NCBI RefSeq assembly: GCF_002087085.1
Contig: NZ_MWQY01000004.1
Span: forward strand, 1-64,000
DNA: 64,000 nucleotides
Reading direction: 5' to 3'
A program made the translations under genes and the position numbers. The notes beneath the pieces were generated by a model that worked only from the letters and a program-made list of their open reading frames with translations, did no database searches and had not been told where the DNA came from. Within the stretch, counting starts at the first letter, position 1; each line of letters starts with the position of its first letter. Of the stretch, positions 29,304-39,406 are shown one piece after another.

Positions 29304-30176
29304 ATGGATTCAGACAGGGAATATACGCTAAATCTTCAGGATTACCGCCGCATTGAAGCGGCCATCTCCCTTATGAAGGAGGAATACCCCAGGGGAATCG
29401 ACAGCCGGACTGTCGCCGGGCATACAGGGCTTTCGGAATTCCATTTTCGAAGGCTTTTTCGCCGCTGGGCAGGTATTCCCCCGGAGCGCTTTATCCGCTA
29501 CCTGGCGAAGGAGCATGCCCTGACGCTGATTCGCGAATCAGCTTCCTACCTGGAATCAGCCCTGGAGGCGGGGTTCTCGGGACCCGGCCGTTTTGCAGAG
29601 GCCTGCCTGAGCTTTGAAGCCATGACGCCAAGGGAACTTCGTTCCCGGGGAGCAGGCATGACCCTCCGCTGGGGTACCGGGGATACCCCCTTCGGCAGGG
29701 CGATACTGGTTACAAGCGAAAGGGGTATTACAGACCTGGCATTTCTGGAGGGAGAACTGCTGGAACATCCCCTGGGAGCCGTCCGCGGCGGTCTTGAGCG
29801 GGCGGATTACAGGGAAGACCGGGAAATGGCGTCGAGGCTTTTTCAGCGCATATTCAGTGAATCCGGCGGGGGGGATCAGGTGCTCCATCTGCGGGGTACA
29901 AATTTTCAGATAAAGGTCTGGGAAGCACTCCTGCGGCTTCCCTTCGGGGGGGCCACAGACTACGGGAGCATCGCTTCTGCCCTGGGAACTCCCGGCGCCG
30001 CCCGGGCCGTGGGCAGCGCAGTGGGGGCAAACCATGTGGCCTGGCTGATACCCTGTCACAGGGTCATTCGGCGAATGGGAGAGAGCGGAGACTACCGCTG
30101 GGGGGCCTTCCGCAAACAGTGCATGCTTGCCTGGGAGGCCTCCCGGGTAGAACAGATGCAGCGCAGGGATGACTAA
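29304..30176 (+). CDS. AraC-HTH / O6-methylguanine-DNA methyltransferase (Ada-like, no Zn domain)
   Basis: SEFHFRRLFRRWAG, GTNFQ..VW, ARAVG, IPCHRV. Confidence 0.92.
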   Translation: MDSDREYTLNLQDYRRIEAAISLMKEEYPRGIDSRTVAGHTGLSEFHFRRLFRRWAGIPPERFIRYLAKEHALTLIRESASYLESALEAGFSGPGRFAEACLSFEAMTPRELRSRGAGMTLRWGTGDTPFGRAILVTSERGITDLAFLEGELLEHPLGAVRGGLERADYREDREMASRLFQRIFSESGGGDQVLHLRGTNFQIKVWEALLRLPFGGATDYGSIASALGTPGAARAVGSAVGANHVAWLIPCHRVIRRMGESGDYRWGAFRKQCMLAWEASRVEQMQRRDD

Positions 30177-30625
30177 AGGGCGACCTTAACTACTATCTTG
30201 AGTACATCCGAGGGAGCGCCGGCAGAAAGTTTGGGAGCGTGGGCATCGTCGGGCAGAAAAACGGCGAAATCCCCCGCTTCAAGAAGCAGCCGGGAGGCTT
30301 CTTTCATCTCGAAAAAAGCGACATCCCTGTCTTCACTGTAGGGGGTCTTTACCGTCATTCCCTCTGCATAGCAATAATCGATCCGCTCCCGTCCTTTCAG
30401 AATCACCTGGATGTCCGCGTAACGCTTGTGGGTCTCCAGAGCACCCTCCGACGGGTCCTTGGTGGTGTATTTCTGCACCAGGGCATATACGGCATCCCCG
30501 TTTACGGTAATTTTACCTTCTTCGAGTTCCTCGGCCTTAACCGAGGCCAGAAATTTGAAGGCGTCGGCAAAATTTTTGCCCAGAAAGGTGTATTTTTCTC
30601 CATTGGTCAAACGGTCCTGAACCAT
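30173..30625 (-). CDS. YhcH/YjgK/YiaL-family protein
   Basis: ETHKRYADIQ, FAVFLP.DAHAP, KIVVKV. Confidence 0.9.
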   Translation of the reverse strand: MVQDRLTNGEKYTFLGKNFADAFKFLASVKAEELEEGKITVNGDAVYALVQKYTTKDPSEGALETHKRYADIQVILKGRERIDYCYAEGMTVKTPYSEDRDVAFFEMKEASRLLLEAGDFAVFLPDDAHAPKLSAGAPSDVLKIVVKVAL

Positions 30626-30699
30626 ATGAACCTCCTGTTGTTTTCTTCAGTATATACGAAACAGGCGGGGGCAGGACACTGCCCCCGGCATGAAAAAGT

Positions 30700-31668
30700 T
30701 CAGATTCCGTTAACCGAGTTCCGGGTCTTTCCGTCCAGGAAAGCCCTGACGTTCTCCACCGCCGTATTCATGAGCCGACTTCTGGCATCCAGGGTCGCCC
30801 AGGCGATGTGGGGGGTAATGCTGAGGTTCGGGACCCCGTACAGAACATTATCCTTTTCCGGGGGTTCGGTGGTCAGCACATCGAGTCCGGCTCCGGCAAT
30901 ATCACCGTTCTTCAGGGCAGCGGCCAGGTCTTCGGCGACGATCAGCGGTCCCCGGGAGACATTCACCAGGTAAGCGCTTTTCTTCATGGTTTTCAGGCTT
31001 GCACTGTTTATGAACCCCGTATTCTCCTGAGTAAGGGGGCAGTTCAGGCTGACAAAGTCGGACTCCTTCAAAAGCTCCTCTATTGAGGTAAAACGGAAGC
31101 CCTCCCAGTCAGGCGGATTCCCCTGGTAGACATCATGAGCCAGGACCTTCATACCGAAGGCGTCGGCCATTTTACCCAGGGCCCGGCCAATCCGGCCGAA
31201 ACCGATAATACCCATTGTTTTTCCCGCAAGTTCGATCAGGGGGAAATTCCAGTAGCAGAAGTCCTCTCCACCGGCCCAGTCTCCGGCCATGACTGTATCG
31301 GAGTGCTCCTTTACATGGTGGCAAAAATGCAGAATATGCGCCATGGCCATCTGGGCCACCGAAAAGGTGCCGTAGGTGGGGATATTGGTAACCGGAATAC
31401 CCTTCGAGGCGGCGGCTTCGGTATCTACCACATTATAGCCGGTAGCCAGGACACCAATGTACCTGAGACCGTCAAGGGACTCTATCGTTGCTTTGGACAG
31501 GGGGGTTTTATTGGTCAGAACAATCTCTGCGCCTTTCGCCCGTTCCAGGATAGTTTTTTCATCAAAGGGGGTACGGTCGTATACCTTTACCTCGCCCATA
31601 GCTTCAAGATTTTTCCAGCTCAGGTCACCGGGATTCAAGGTATACCCGTCAAGCACAACAATCTTCAT
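30700..31668 (-). CDS. D-2-hydroxyacid dehydrogenase (glycerate dehydrogenase-like)
   Basis: MKIVVLDGYTLNPGD, GIIGFGRIG, NVSRG, TPHIAW. Confidence 0.92.
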   Translation of the reverse strand: MKIVVLDGYTLNPGDLSWKNLEAMGEVKVYDRTPFDEKTILERAKGAEIVLTNKTPLSKATIESLDGLRYIGVLATGYNVVDTEAAASKGIPVTNIPTYGTFSVAQMAMAHILHFCHHVKEHSDTVMAGDWAGGEDFCYWNFPLIELAGKTMGIIGFGRIGRALGKMADAFGMKVLAHDVYQGNPPDWEGFRFTSIEELLKESDFVSLNCPLTQENTGFINSASLKTMKKSAYLVNVSRGPLIVAEDLAAALKNGDIAGAGLDVLTTEPPEKDNVLYGVPNLSITPHIAWATLDARSRLMNTAVENVRAFLDGKTRNSVNGI

Positions 31669-31783
31669 TACAGACTCCTCCGTTGCAGTATATGTATTCT
31701 GGATAAGCAGGGTTACTGCCGCTACAGGATTCCACAGTGAAGAAGAGCGGGTCAAGAGGTACCGGCAGTCGGGAATCGCCGAT

Positions 31784-32479
31784 TCAGATACCCCTCTTCC
31801 GGTCCGCGATCTCCGCCCGGCGCAGGCGTTCCCGCACCATGCGGACCGCGATAAACAGTAGCGGAAATACAGTCAGGGCAGACAGGGCTCCCCAGAAGGG
31901 AACCATGAACAGCAGGAAATTGTAGGTCCCATGGATAAATACCGCCAGAAAGAGGCCGCCGCTTATAAGCCGTTGTTCTTCATCGGCGGTCGGGGCAAAA
32001 CGGGCCATTCCCAGGGCGTATCCCAGGAGTGCCGAACAGACGGCATGCAGAGGAACCGCTGTAAAAGCCCTGGTCAGGGCAACGGTTATACCCCCGGATG
32101 CAACATAGATGATGTTCTCAAGGCAGGCAAACCCGAGCCCCGCGGCTACGGTATAGAGAATACCGTCCATAACCTCGTTAAAGTGGGCACGCCGGTAGAG
32201 GAAATAGCGTACAACCATCAGTTTTATGCCTTCCTCACACAAGGCGGCCACAACAAATGCCTCCAGGACCGCCAGATACAGGGGGTTGGTAAACCAGGGA
32301 CTGAAAAAGGCGTCCACCAGGATTTCAAGAACGAGTACAGGAATTGTGGAAAAGACCCCCAGAACAAAGGCCCGCAGAATCTCCCCCCGGGGTTCCGGCC
32401 GTCTGCGGTCAAAGCGCATAAACAGGAGGACCAGCACGAGAGAGGGAATAATTGCCATGATTATCGGTACAGCTGACAT
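31784..32479 (-). CDS. PrsW-family intramembrane metalloprotease
   Basis: EE..K, GFA..EN, H, HG.YN motifs. Confidence 0.92.
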   Translation of the reverse strand: MSAVPIIMAIIPSLVLVLLFMRFDRRRPEPRGEILRAFVLGVFSTIPVLVLEILVDAFFSPWFTNPLYLAVLEAFVVAALCEEGIKLMVVRYFLYRRAHFNEVMDGILYTVAAGLGFACLENIIYVASGGITVALTRAFTAVPLHAVCSALLGYALGMARFAPTADEEQRLISGGLFLAVFIHGTYNFLLFMVPFWGALSALTVFPLLFIAVRMVRERLRRAEIADRKRGI

Positions 32480-32493
32480 TGCAGGGGTCTCCT

Positions 32494-33267
32494 TTATACC
32501 ATGCTCTTCTTTTTCCGGGCAAGCTCATACAACAGGATCCCTGCGGCAACCCCGACATTCAGGGAATCAACCTGCCGGGAGATCGGGATCATGACAAAAG
32601 CATCGCAGGCCCTGCGCCAGGTTTCGCTGATACCGTGTCCTTCGTTTCCCAATACCAGAACGGTCTCTGCATCCATGAAAAGCTCCCCGGCAGAGACGGC
32701 GCCGGGACAGAGGTCCGCTCCTATAATCCGGTAAGCACTGCTCCGCAGAAGCCGGACCGTCTCTTCACAGTCGTCTTCCGCAGCCATGGAGAGGGAAAAG
32801 CACGCCGCCATGGAAGCCCGTATTCCCCGCCTGGAATACGGGTCACCGCAGTTCTTCCCCAGGAGAATCCTGCCTGTACTGAAAGCAGCTGCGCTGCGCA
32901 GTATTCCCCCCAGGTTCACCGGATCGGTAATCCCGTCCAGGACAAGGACCGGTCCGGAGCCTTCCTCGAGCAGTGCCCGAAGCGAAAGATAATCCGGCCT
33001 GCGGAAGGCCCCCAGCACCCCCCGATGAAAGGGATAGCCGGCAATCCTGCCGATCTCCGGCTGCGAGAGAACCTGCACAGGCAGGGAGCCGGGGCAGGCC
33101 TTCCGGAGTCCCTCCAGCATTCCGGGAACGGCAGCAATAACCAGGGGTTCAAGTCCTTCCGAGAGCATCCGTTCCACGACAAAACGGCCTTCGCCGACGC
33201 ATATTCCTTCTTCCGCCAGTCTGCGGTCCTTGAGATCCGCCAGCAGGGAAATATCCAGCAAACTCAT
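32494..33267 (-). CDS. TrmH/SpoU-family RNA methyltransferase
   Basis: DPVNLGGILRS, LGNEGHGI, SLNV. Confidence 0.9.
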   Translation of the reverse strand: MSLLDISLLADLKDRRLAEEGICVGEGRFVVERMLSEGLEPLVIAAVPGMLEGLRKACPGSLPVQVLSQPEIGRIAGYPFHRGVLGAFRRPDYLSLRALLEEGSGPVLVLDGITDPVNLGGILRSAAAFSTGRILLGKNCGDPYSRRGIRASMAACFSLSMAAEDDCEETVRLLRSSAYRIIGADLCPGAVSAGELFMDAETVLVLGNEGHGISETWRRACDAFVMIPISRQVDSLNVGVAAGILLYELARKKKSMV

Positions 33268-33330
33268 CTCCTGTTGTGCCTTTACTGTGATAAAAGTACC
33301 ACGTTTTTGGGAGCTGGGGTAAAAAAGAAA

Positions 33331-33359
33331 TTGACAGTTTACCATCAATACTCTACTCT
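33331..33359 (+). promoter_or_regulatory. sigma70 promoter of the RRM gene
   Basis: TTGACA-17-TACTCT. Confidence 0.7.
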
Positions 33360-33435
33360 TTTTTCGGCGTACGTCTGCAAGACGACTATCCCTTGGATAG
33401 ATGCCTATTTTTCATCATTACATGAGGGCCATTGG

Positions 33436-33702
33436 ATGTCCAACAAACTTTACGTCGGAAACTTAAGCTACCAGTCCGACGAAGACAGTCTCCGTGAACT
33501 TTTCAGCCAGTACGGTACCGTAACCTCCGTACGCATCATCACCGACCGCGAAACCCGCCGATCAAAGGGTTTTGCCTTCGTCGAGATGGAATCCCCCGAA
33601 GAGGCTTCGGCCGTTCTGTCGGCACTGGACGGCGCCGATCTCGACGGCAGACAACTGAAGGTTCGGGAAGCAATAGAAAAGGAGCGCCCCTCCAGGTTCT
33701 AA
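33436..33702 (+). CDS. RRM RNA-binding protein
   Basis: RNP2 LYVGNL and RNP1 KGFAFVEM; this is the real part of the 407-aa track ORF. Confidence 0.95.
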   Translation: MSNKLYVGNLSYQSDEDSLRELFSQYGTVTSVRIITDRETRRSKGFAFVEMESPEEASAVLSALDGADLDGRQLKVREAIEKERPSRF

Positions 33703-33711
33703 AACCTTGAT

Positions 33712-33746
33712 CCCGGAGGGCGGTATGTCGCGGCTCCGGGGTTTTT
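33712..33746 (+). terminator. intrinsic terminator
   Basis: CCCGGAG...CTCCGGG followed by a T run. Confidence 0.6.
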
Positions 33747-33765
33747 CAGCCCGGCACCTTCTACA

Positions 33766-34509
33766 ATGATCAAGAACGATGAACTCTTAACAATGCTGGC
33801 ACGGCATGTAACCGCGGCAAGGTTCAGGCGTATCGTGGAAGTCTCTTCCCTGCGCACACGGTATCTGGCTATGGTTGCAGAGGACCTCTACTACAGTCAG
33901 AACGCCAGTGCTCTCCTTCGCAGCTGCGACTGTTTCGGGATCCAGGATGTTCATATAATCGAGAACCGGAACCGTCTGCCCACCATCAATCGTCATGTTG
34001 CCCTGGGAACCTCCCGGTGGCTCACCATACGTCGCTACCGGGACAGAGCCGACAATACCCGTACTGCCCTGTCAGCCCTGAAACGGCGGGGGTATCGTAT
34101 TGTGGCGACGGTTCCAGACACCGATGCCTGCTCCATCCACGACTTCTCCCTGGATGCGGGCCCCGCTGCCCTCGTGTTCGGCAACGAACGGGACGGAATA
34201 AGCCCGGAGGTACGGGAGATGGCTGACGAGTTTCTGACCATTCCCATGTGCGGTTTTGCCGAGAGCCTGAACATTTCCGTCTCCGCGGCAATAATCCTCT
34301 CCACCCTGGGGGACCGGCTGCGAAGAGGTCAGATCTCCTGGCAGCTTCCGGAAGAGGATCTCGCCGAGTTGCGCCTCAAGTGGGTCCGCCGCTCCGCAAA
34401 GCGGGGCACGGAGATAGAAGAAGAGTATTTCCGACGCTTTCACCGGTCCATTGATCTTGTCGAAAGCGATGTTACCGAGAAGGACATCCCCGTGGGGGAC
34501 CAGGAATAA
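33766..34509 (+). CDS. trmH: tRNA G18 2'-O-methyltransferase
   Basis: NASALLRSCDCFG, VFGNERDG, IPM.GF.ESLNISV. Confidence 0.85.
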   Translation: MIKNDELLTMLARHVTAARFRRIVEVSSLRTRYLAMVAEDLYYSQNASALLRSCDCFGIQDVHIIENRNRLPTINRHVALGTSRWLTIRRYRDRADNTRTALSALKRRGYRIVATVPDTDACSIHDFSLDAGPAALVFGNERDGISPEVREMADEFLTIPMCGFAESLNISVSAAIILSTLGDRLRRGQISWQLPEEDLAELRLKWVRRSAKRGTEIEEEYFRRFHRSIDLVESDVTEKDIPVGDQE

Positions 34510-34573
34510 GACGGATCCCGGCGGAAGCATTCCGTAATTGTCTTTTCCTGCCATGGGGTGTAGGCTGAACTGC

Positions 34574-36544
34574 ATGCAGGACCGGGGAAACTACGAAGCC
34601 ATACAGAACATGAACCCGAAGATCGAGGAGCGGGTCATCCGCAATCCCCTTCTGAATATCGATACCTTCGTCATACCTTCACCCTTTATCCACAACCCGG
34701 CGGTCCAGAAGGATTACTCCCACAGCTACGTCTGGGTCGAGGAGGGTGAAATCCTCGGGTATATGCTTGTTTACTCCGATCAGGCGGGAGAGGAGTTTCT
34801 CATCTACAAGATCGTCACCAGCCCCTTCGGCCGGGGGCGGGGAATCGGCACAAGTTTTATCGAACATCTGGCCCGTAATATTCCCCGGGAAGCCTCGGTG
34901 TACATATACATCTGGGAACGCCAGGCTGATACGGTGGAGTTTTTCCGCAACAAGGGCTTTGAACCCGACAGTTCGATAGCCTACCGCAAACTGGTCTACC
35001 ACAGACTGGTCTCCTGCTGCGGGGCGATCCTCACAAAATCCGCGGAGGGGCTCAACCGCAGCCTGGCTCCGGAAGAGATCAGCAAGACCCGCCACGACGC
35101 CCGCAAGGTAGCGCGGCTGATAAACTCCATGGTCGAGGCCCTGGGTACCGAGAACAGCGATACCATCGTGGAGAGCATCAACCGCGAATCCACAACCCTG
35201 ATCAATATCCTTAACTCCTTCCGGGACAGCATGAAGATTATCCACGAGGTTGATCTTCTGGAACTGATCTTCGAACGTATCGTCCCCTATGTGCAGGGGT
35301 CCACTGTGCGCTGCGAACTGCGCCTCGACCTGGATACCGGCGCCCCCACAATACAGGGCTACCATGTAAATATCGGGAGGGCCATGGTAAATCTGGTCTC
35401 CAACGCCCTGGATACCATCGAAGAGTCGGGACGCAAAGGAATCATCGACATCGTCATGCGGGAAAAAGGAGACTTCCTGATCCTTACCATAGCGGACAAC
35501 GGAACCGGAATGCCGGAGGAGCTGCTGGTAAAGGACTCCCGGGGATATCCCCGCTTCGTGGGCCGAACCACCAAGGGCAGGAAAACCGGCGAGGGTATCG
35601 GTACCCAGCAGATCTACGCCGCCTTCGGACCCGAAAACATCGAGGTAAACAGCATAATGGGCCAGGGGACCTCCTGGACAATCCGCTTTGCCAAGCATAC
35701 CGAGACAGTCTCTACCTGGTTTGTCCGTATGAACCGTCGCTACAACGAGTTCAAGGACCTCTGGGAGGTTGCCATGGTCGGCCCCAGGACTCCCCGTCGG
35801 GAGGTTGTGGCATACATATGGCAGGTTCGCAAGATAGAAATATTCCTCTTCGACCTGATCCTCCGCTTCAGCCGCTACCATAATATCCGGGACATCTACC
35901 GTTCAATTCTGGCCTATCTGCAGGGGGTCACCAGAGAGGCTGACCTGGAACGGGAGATTGCCGGATACAAAAGCGATACGGAAAAGTACAATTTCTGGCT
36001 CCTCGATATCAGCAGGGAGATACGGCGGCGCATGAACATTCTGAAGGATTCCGTGGATATGGACAGCTACTGGGCTTCCCTCTTCCGCAGTTACGGCCAG
36101 GCCTACAGGAACGTGATAATCTTTACCGCGGACCCCGAAACGGGAAACTTTCTGGCCACGGACCGAAAACTCGCGGAGCACCTCGATTTCGTGCCCTATC
36201 TGGGAAAACCCCGGGACAGCCTTCTGCGGGGGGAGTTTCTTGGAGACCTGAATGTGGAAGAAAAACCCATACAGTTCGGAGTCTGGTCGATATCATCACG
36301 AAGCGACGCCCTGAACAAGCTCAGGCTGATCCGGCAGGGAGCCCGGACCTTCCTGCGCAAGGGCATCCATCCGGAAAAACGCCTCTCCTTCTACCATACC
36401 ACCTACATAAGCGGCGGCTTCGACATAGATATCAACAAATCCAGTACCTTCGGAGATTTTGCCCGCCTGGAGGACGCTGAGCTGGAGACATTCATTATCG
36501 GCAGGGAAGAAGAGATGAGCGGTTACCTGATGGGGAGGGAATAA
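34574..36544 (+). CDS. GNAT / histidine-kinase-like ATPase fusion protein
   Basis: GNAT motif RGRGIG, RHD H-box-like, NLVSNA, DNGTGM, TTK, GEGIG; unknown C-terminal domain. Confidence 0.78.
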   Translation: MQDRGNYEAIQNMNPKIEERVIRNPLLNIDTFVIPSPFIHNPAVQKDYSHSYVWVEEGEILGYMLVYSDQAGEEFLIYKIVTSPFGRGRGIGTSFIEHLARNIPREASVYIYIWERQADTVEFFRNKGFEPDSSIAYRKLVYHRLVSCCGAILTKSAEGLNRSLAPEEISKTRHDARKVARLINSMVEALGTENSDTIVESINRESTTLINILNSFRDSMKIIHEVDLLELIFERIVPYVQGSTVRCELRLDLDTGAPTIQGYHVNIGRAMVNLVSNALDTIEESGRKGIIDIVMREKGDFLILTIADNGTGMPEELLVKDSRGYPRFVGRTTKGRKTGEGIGTQQIYAAFGPENIEVNSIMGQGTSWTIRFAKHTETVSTWFVRMNRRYNEFKDLWEVAMVGPRTPRREVVAYIWQVRKIEIFLFDLILRFSRYHNIRDIYRSILAYLQGVTREADLEREIAGYKSDTEKYNFWLLDISREIRRRMNILKDSVDMDSYWASLFRSYGQAYRNVIIFTADPETGNFLATDRKLAEHLDFVPYLGKPRDSLLRGEFLGDLNVEEKPIQFGVWSISSRSDALNKLRLIRQGARTFLRKGIHPEKRLSFYHTTYISGGFDIDINKSSTFGDFARLEDAELETFIIGREEEMSGYLMGRE

Positions 36545-36614
36545 GAAAGCGGAACACCGGACATCGAATCATGCCAGCATTCCGCTTACATACGTTTTTC
36601 CTGTGATGTCCGTC

Positions 36615-36836
36615 TCAGCCGTCGTTGCCGATAGCTTCCACCGGACAGCTGTCCATGGCGGATTTCGCCTCAGGATCATCCGCAGGTACCTGGTGAAAAA
36701 CATAGGCCTTGTCTTCGTCGTTGGTCTTGAAGACCTCCGGAGCCTCGCTGATGCAGAGGCCGCAGCTTATGCAGTTGTTGTCGACATACCAGACACCATC
36801 GATGTTCTCGGCTACCTTATCATTTTTATCAGCCAT
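36615..36836 (-). CDS. ferredoxin
   Basis: CISCGLC...CPVEAI. Confidence 0.93.
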   Translation of the reverse strand: MADKNDKVAENIDGVWYVDNNCISCGLCISEAPEVFKTNDEDKAYVFHQVPADDPEAKSAMDSCPVEAIGNDG

Positions 36837-36911
36837 TGAGTCCTCCTTGCTACAAGATAGTAATCCTCCGGCGTAAAATCAACGCACAGGCAGCGAATCA
36901 CCCTCAGGAAT

Positions 36912-38006
36912 CTAGCGGATTACCCGGGCACTTCCGCCGCCGACGATCCGTTCCACCTCTTTCAGGGTCGCCATGGAGGTATCTCCCGGGGTGGTCATGG
37001 CCAGTGCACCGTGGGCGGCACCATACTCGACAGCCTGGGCTGCATCGTTGAAGGCCAGGAAACCGTAGATCAGTCCGGATGCGAAACTGTCGCCTCCGCC
37101 TACCCGGTCGTAGATCTCCAGCTTTTCCCGGTGCTCCGCCTCGTGAATCTCACCATCATGCCAGCAGAGGGCACCCCAGTCGTTGACGCTGGCGGAGTGT
37201 ACCGTCCGCAGGGTCGTGGCGACAACCTTGAAGTTGGGATAGGTCTTGATGGCTGTTTCAATCATCTTCTTGTAGCCTTCAATGGGAAGCACCGTAAGGT
37301 TTTCGTCCGCCCCCTCTACCTCAAATCCAAGGCTGGCGGTGAAGTCCTCTTCGTTTCCTATCATTACGTCCACGTATTTCGCGATTTCCCGGTTTACTTC
37401 CTGGGCCTTTTCTTTCCCCCCGATTCCTTTCCACAGGGAGGGCCGATAGTTCAGGTCGTAGGAGATGATGGTTCCATGCTTCTTGGCAGCTTTCATGGCT
37501 TCGATAACCACATCGGGAGTCGTTTCGGAGAGGGCTGCAAAGATACCCCCGGTGTGGAACCAGCGGGAACCCGCCTTGCCGAAAATCTCTTCCCAGTCGA
37601 TATCCCCGGCCTTCAGCTGACTGGAGGCGGTATTGCCCCGGTCGGAATTACCCAGGGCGGCCCGCAGGCCGTAGCCCTTCTCGGTAAAGTTGAGACCGTT
37701 GCGGACATTGCGGCCGATCCCGTCATAGGGGACCCATTTGATGAAGCCCGTATCCACACCGCCCTGCATGATAAAATCTTCAATAAGATGTCCAACCTCG
37801 TTGTCGGCAAAGGCGGTAACCACCGCCGTGGGAAGATTGAAGCACTTGCGCAGGCCCCTGGTTACATTGTATTCCCCGCCGCCTTCCCAGGCCTGGAAAG
37901 AACGGGCAGTCCGGACTCTGCCGTCACCGGGATCAAGGCGCAGCATGATTTCTCCAAGGGAAACACAGGCATAACGACACTCATCCTGGGGTCGAATTTT
38001 TAACAT
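36912..38006 (-). CDS. kdgK: PfkB sugar kinase, 2-keto-3-deoxygluconate kinase-like
   Basis: GEIMLRL, YDLNYRPSLW, DRVGGGDSF. Confidence 0.85.
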   Translation of the reverse strand: MLKIRPQDECRYACVSLGEIMLRLDPGDGRVRTARSFQAWEGGGEYNVTRGLRKCFNLPTAVVTAFADNEVGHLIEDFIMQGGVDTGFIKWVPYDGIGRNVRNGLNFTEKGYGLRAALGNSDRGNTASSQLKAGDIDWEEIFGKAGSRWFHTGGIFAALSETTPDVVIEAMKAAKKHGTIISYDLNYRPSLWKGIGGKEKAQEVNREIAKYVDVMIGNEEDFTASLGFEVEGADENLTVLPIEGYKKMIETAIKTYPNFKVVATTLRTVHSASVNDWGALCWHDGEIHEAEHREKLEIYDRVGGGDSFASGLIYGFLAFNDAAQAVEYGAAHGALAMTTPGDTSMATLKEVERIVGGGSARVIR

Positions 38007-38106
38007 ACAAACCTCCTGTTCAGTTTTAATCAGTATATCACTGATACCCTATTTTGGAACTCTTGCCAAGTGTTCCCTATAAGGCATGCTGTTCCATATA
38101 GGGGAT

Positions 38107-38640
38107 TCACCAGGTCTCATAATGAACGAAGGACTCCTTATACCGCGTCCTGGGAGACCTTTCTTCCCCAGGATAACCGACTGCAACAGCAGCCAGGGCT
38201 TCTACCCCCTTCGGAAGCTTCAACACATCAGCGATATGTTTCTGCCGCTCCTCTCTGGGATATATCCCGAGCCAGCAGGTTCCAAGACCGAGCTGATGGG
38301 CTGCGATGAGCATGTTTTCCAGGGCCGCCGTACAATCCTGAACCATGTAGCCTTCCAGTCCTCCGTGGGCGGCGTTCCGGTCGCCGCATACAACAATCCC
38401 CAGAGCCGCATCGGAAAGAAACCTTCCGTTGGGAAGCCCCCGGCTGAGATTGCGGAGGTTTTCCCTGTCCCGGACCAGTACAAAACGCCAGGGGTCTTTT
38501 GCTACCGCGGAGGGTGCGGCCATGGCGGCTTTGAGAAGGATTTCAATTTTTTCATCTTCCACCGGCTGCCCGGTATATTTTCGGATACTGCGCCTGCCGA
38601 ATATGCAGTCCAGGGCGGGATTATCTTCGGGTTTACTCAT
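38107..38640 (-). CDS. nitroreductase family protein
   Basis: RRSIRKY, AAPSA, GLGTCWLG. Confidence 0.92.
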   Translation of the reverse strand: MSKPEDNPALDCIFGRRSIRKYTGQPVEDEKIEILLKAAMAAPSAVAKDPWRFVLVRDRENLRNLSRGLPNGRFLSDAALGIVVCGDRNAAHGGLEGYMVQDCTAALENMLIAAHQLGLGTCWLGIYPREERQKHIADVLKLPKGVEALAAVAVGYPGEERSPRTRYKESFVHYETW

Positions 38641-38743
38641 ATCTCCTCCGTCGTTGTGCGTTTACTTCAATGCTAACGACGGAAGAGGATAGAGGTCAAG
38701 GAGATTTTAGAGATGGGGAAAATACCACGTTTTTCAAGCTGCT

Positions 38744-39349
38744 CTATTTAATCGAGCGCCACTCAAGGCCGAGTTTCCGCAGCTTCGGCTGGATAACATA
38801 GGAGCAGTATCCGGCAAAGGGGTTATTGTCGTAGTAATCCTGATGGTATTCTTCGGCCAGGTAGAAGGTCTTGAGGGGAACGATCTGGGTGACCACGGGT
38901 CTGTCGAAGTTCTTTCCCGCCGCGGCCTTCGCCTCTTCCGCAATCCGGCGCTGCTCTTCATCCGTATAGAGAATTATGGAACGGTACTGGGGCCCCACAT
39001 CCGCGCCCTGACGGTTCACCGTCGTGGGATCATGGGCGGTAAAGAAGAGATCGAGGATCTCGCGGTAGCTGATCACATTCGGATCGTAGGTCAGCTTGAC
39101 CACTTCGGCATGGCCGGTCCTTCCGGCGCTAACCTGTTCATAGCTCGGGTTCTCCACCGTTCCCCCGGCATAGCCGGAAACAGCAGATGTAATGCCGTCT
39201 ATCCGTTCGTAGACAGCCTCGACACACCAGAAACATCCGCCTCCGATAACAGCTTCGGCCTGAGGTTTATTCTCCATATCGACTCCCTGAACAACAATAC
39301 CGGCTCCCGCCACAAGCAGGAGCACCGGTATCAAGATAAATCTCCTCAT
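38744..39349 (-). CDS. msrA: peptide-methionine (S)-S-oxide reductase, possibly exported
   Basis: GCFWC, GHAE, AEEYHQDYY; signal-like N-terminus. Confidence 0.95.
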   Translation of the reverse strand: MRRFILIPVLLLVAGAGIVVQGVDMENKPQAEAVIGGGCFWCVEAVYERIDGITSAVSGYAGGTVENPSYEQVSAGRTGHAEVVKLTYDPNVISYREILDLFFTAHDPTTVNRQGADVGPQYRSIILYTDEEQRRIAEEAKAAAGKNFDRPVVTQIVPLKTFYLAEEYHQDYYDNNPFAGYCSYVIQPKLRKLGLEWRSIK

Positions 39350-39406
39350 CTTAAACTCCTTGTGCGGGCTATTTATTATTAATATACTCAAGAATAAGGC
39401 TTCAGG

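Noticed and set aside
32479..33435. Apparent long N-terminal extension or fusion on the RRM protein
   Set aside because: It overlaps the antisense TrmH-family gene, and a separate promoter and ATG (33436) explain the RRM gene.
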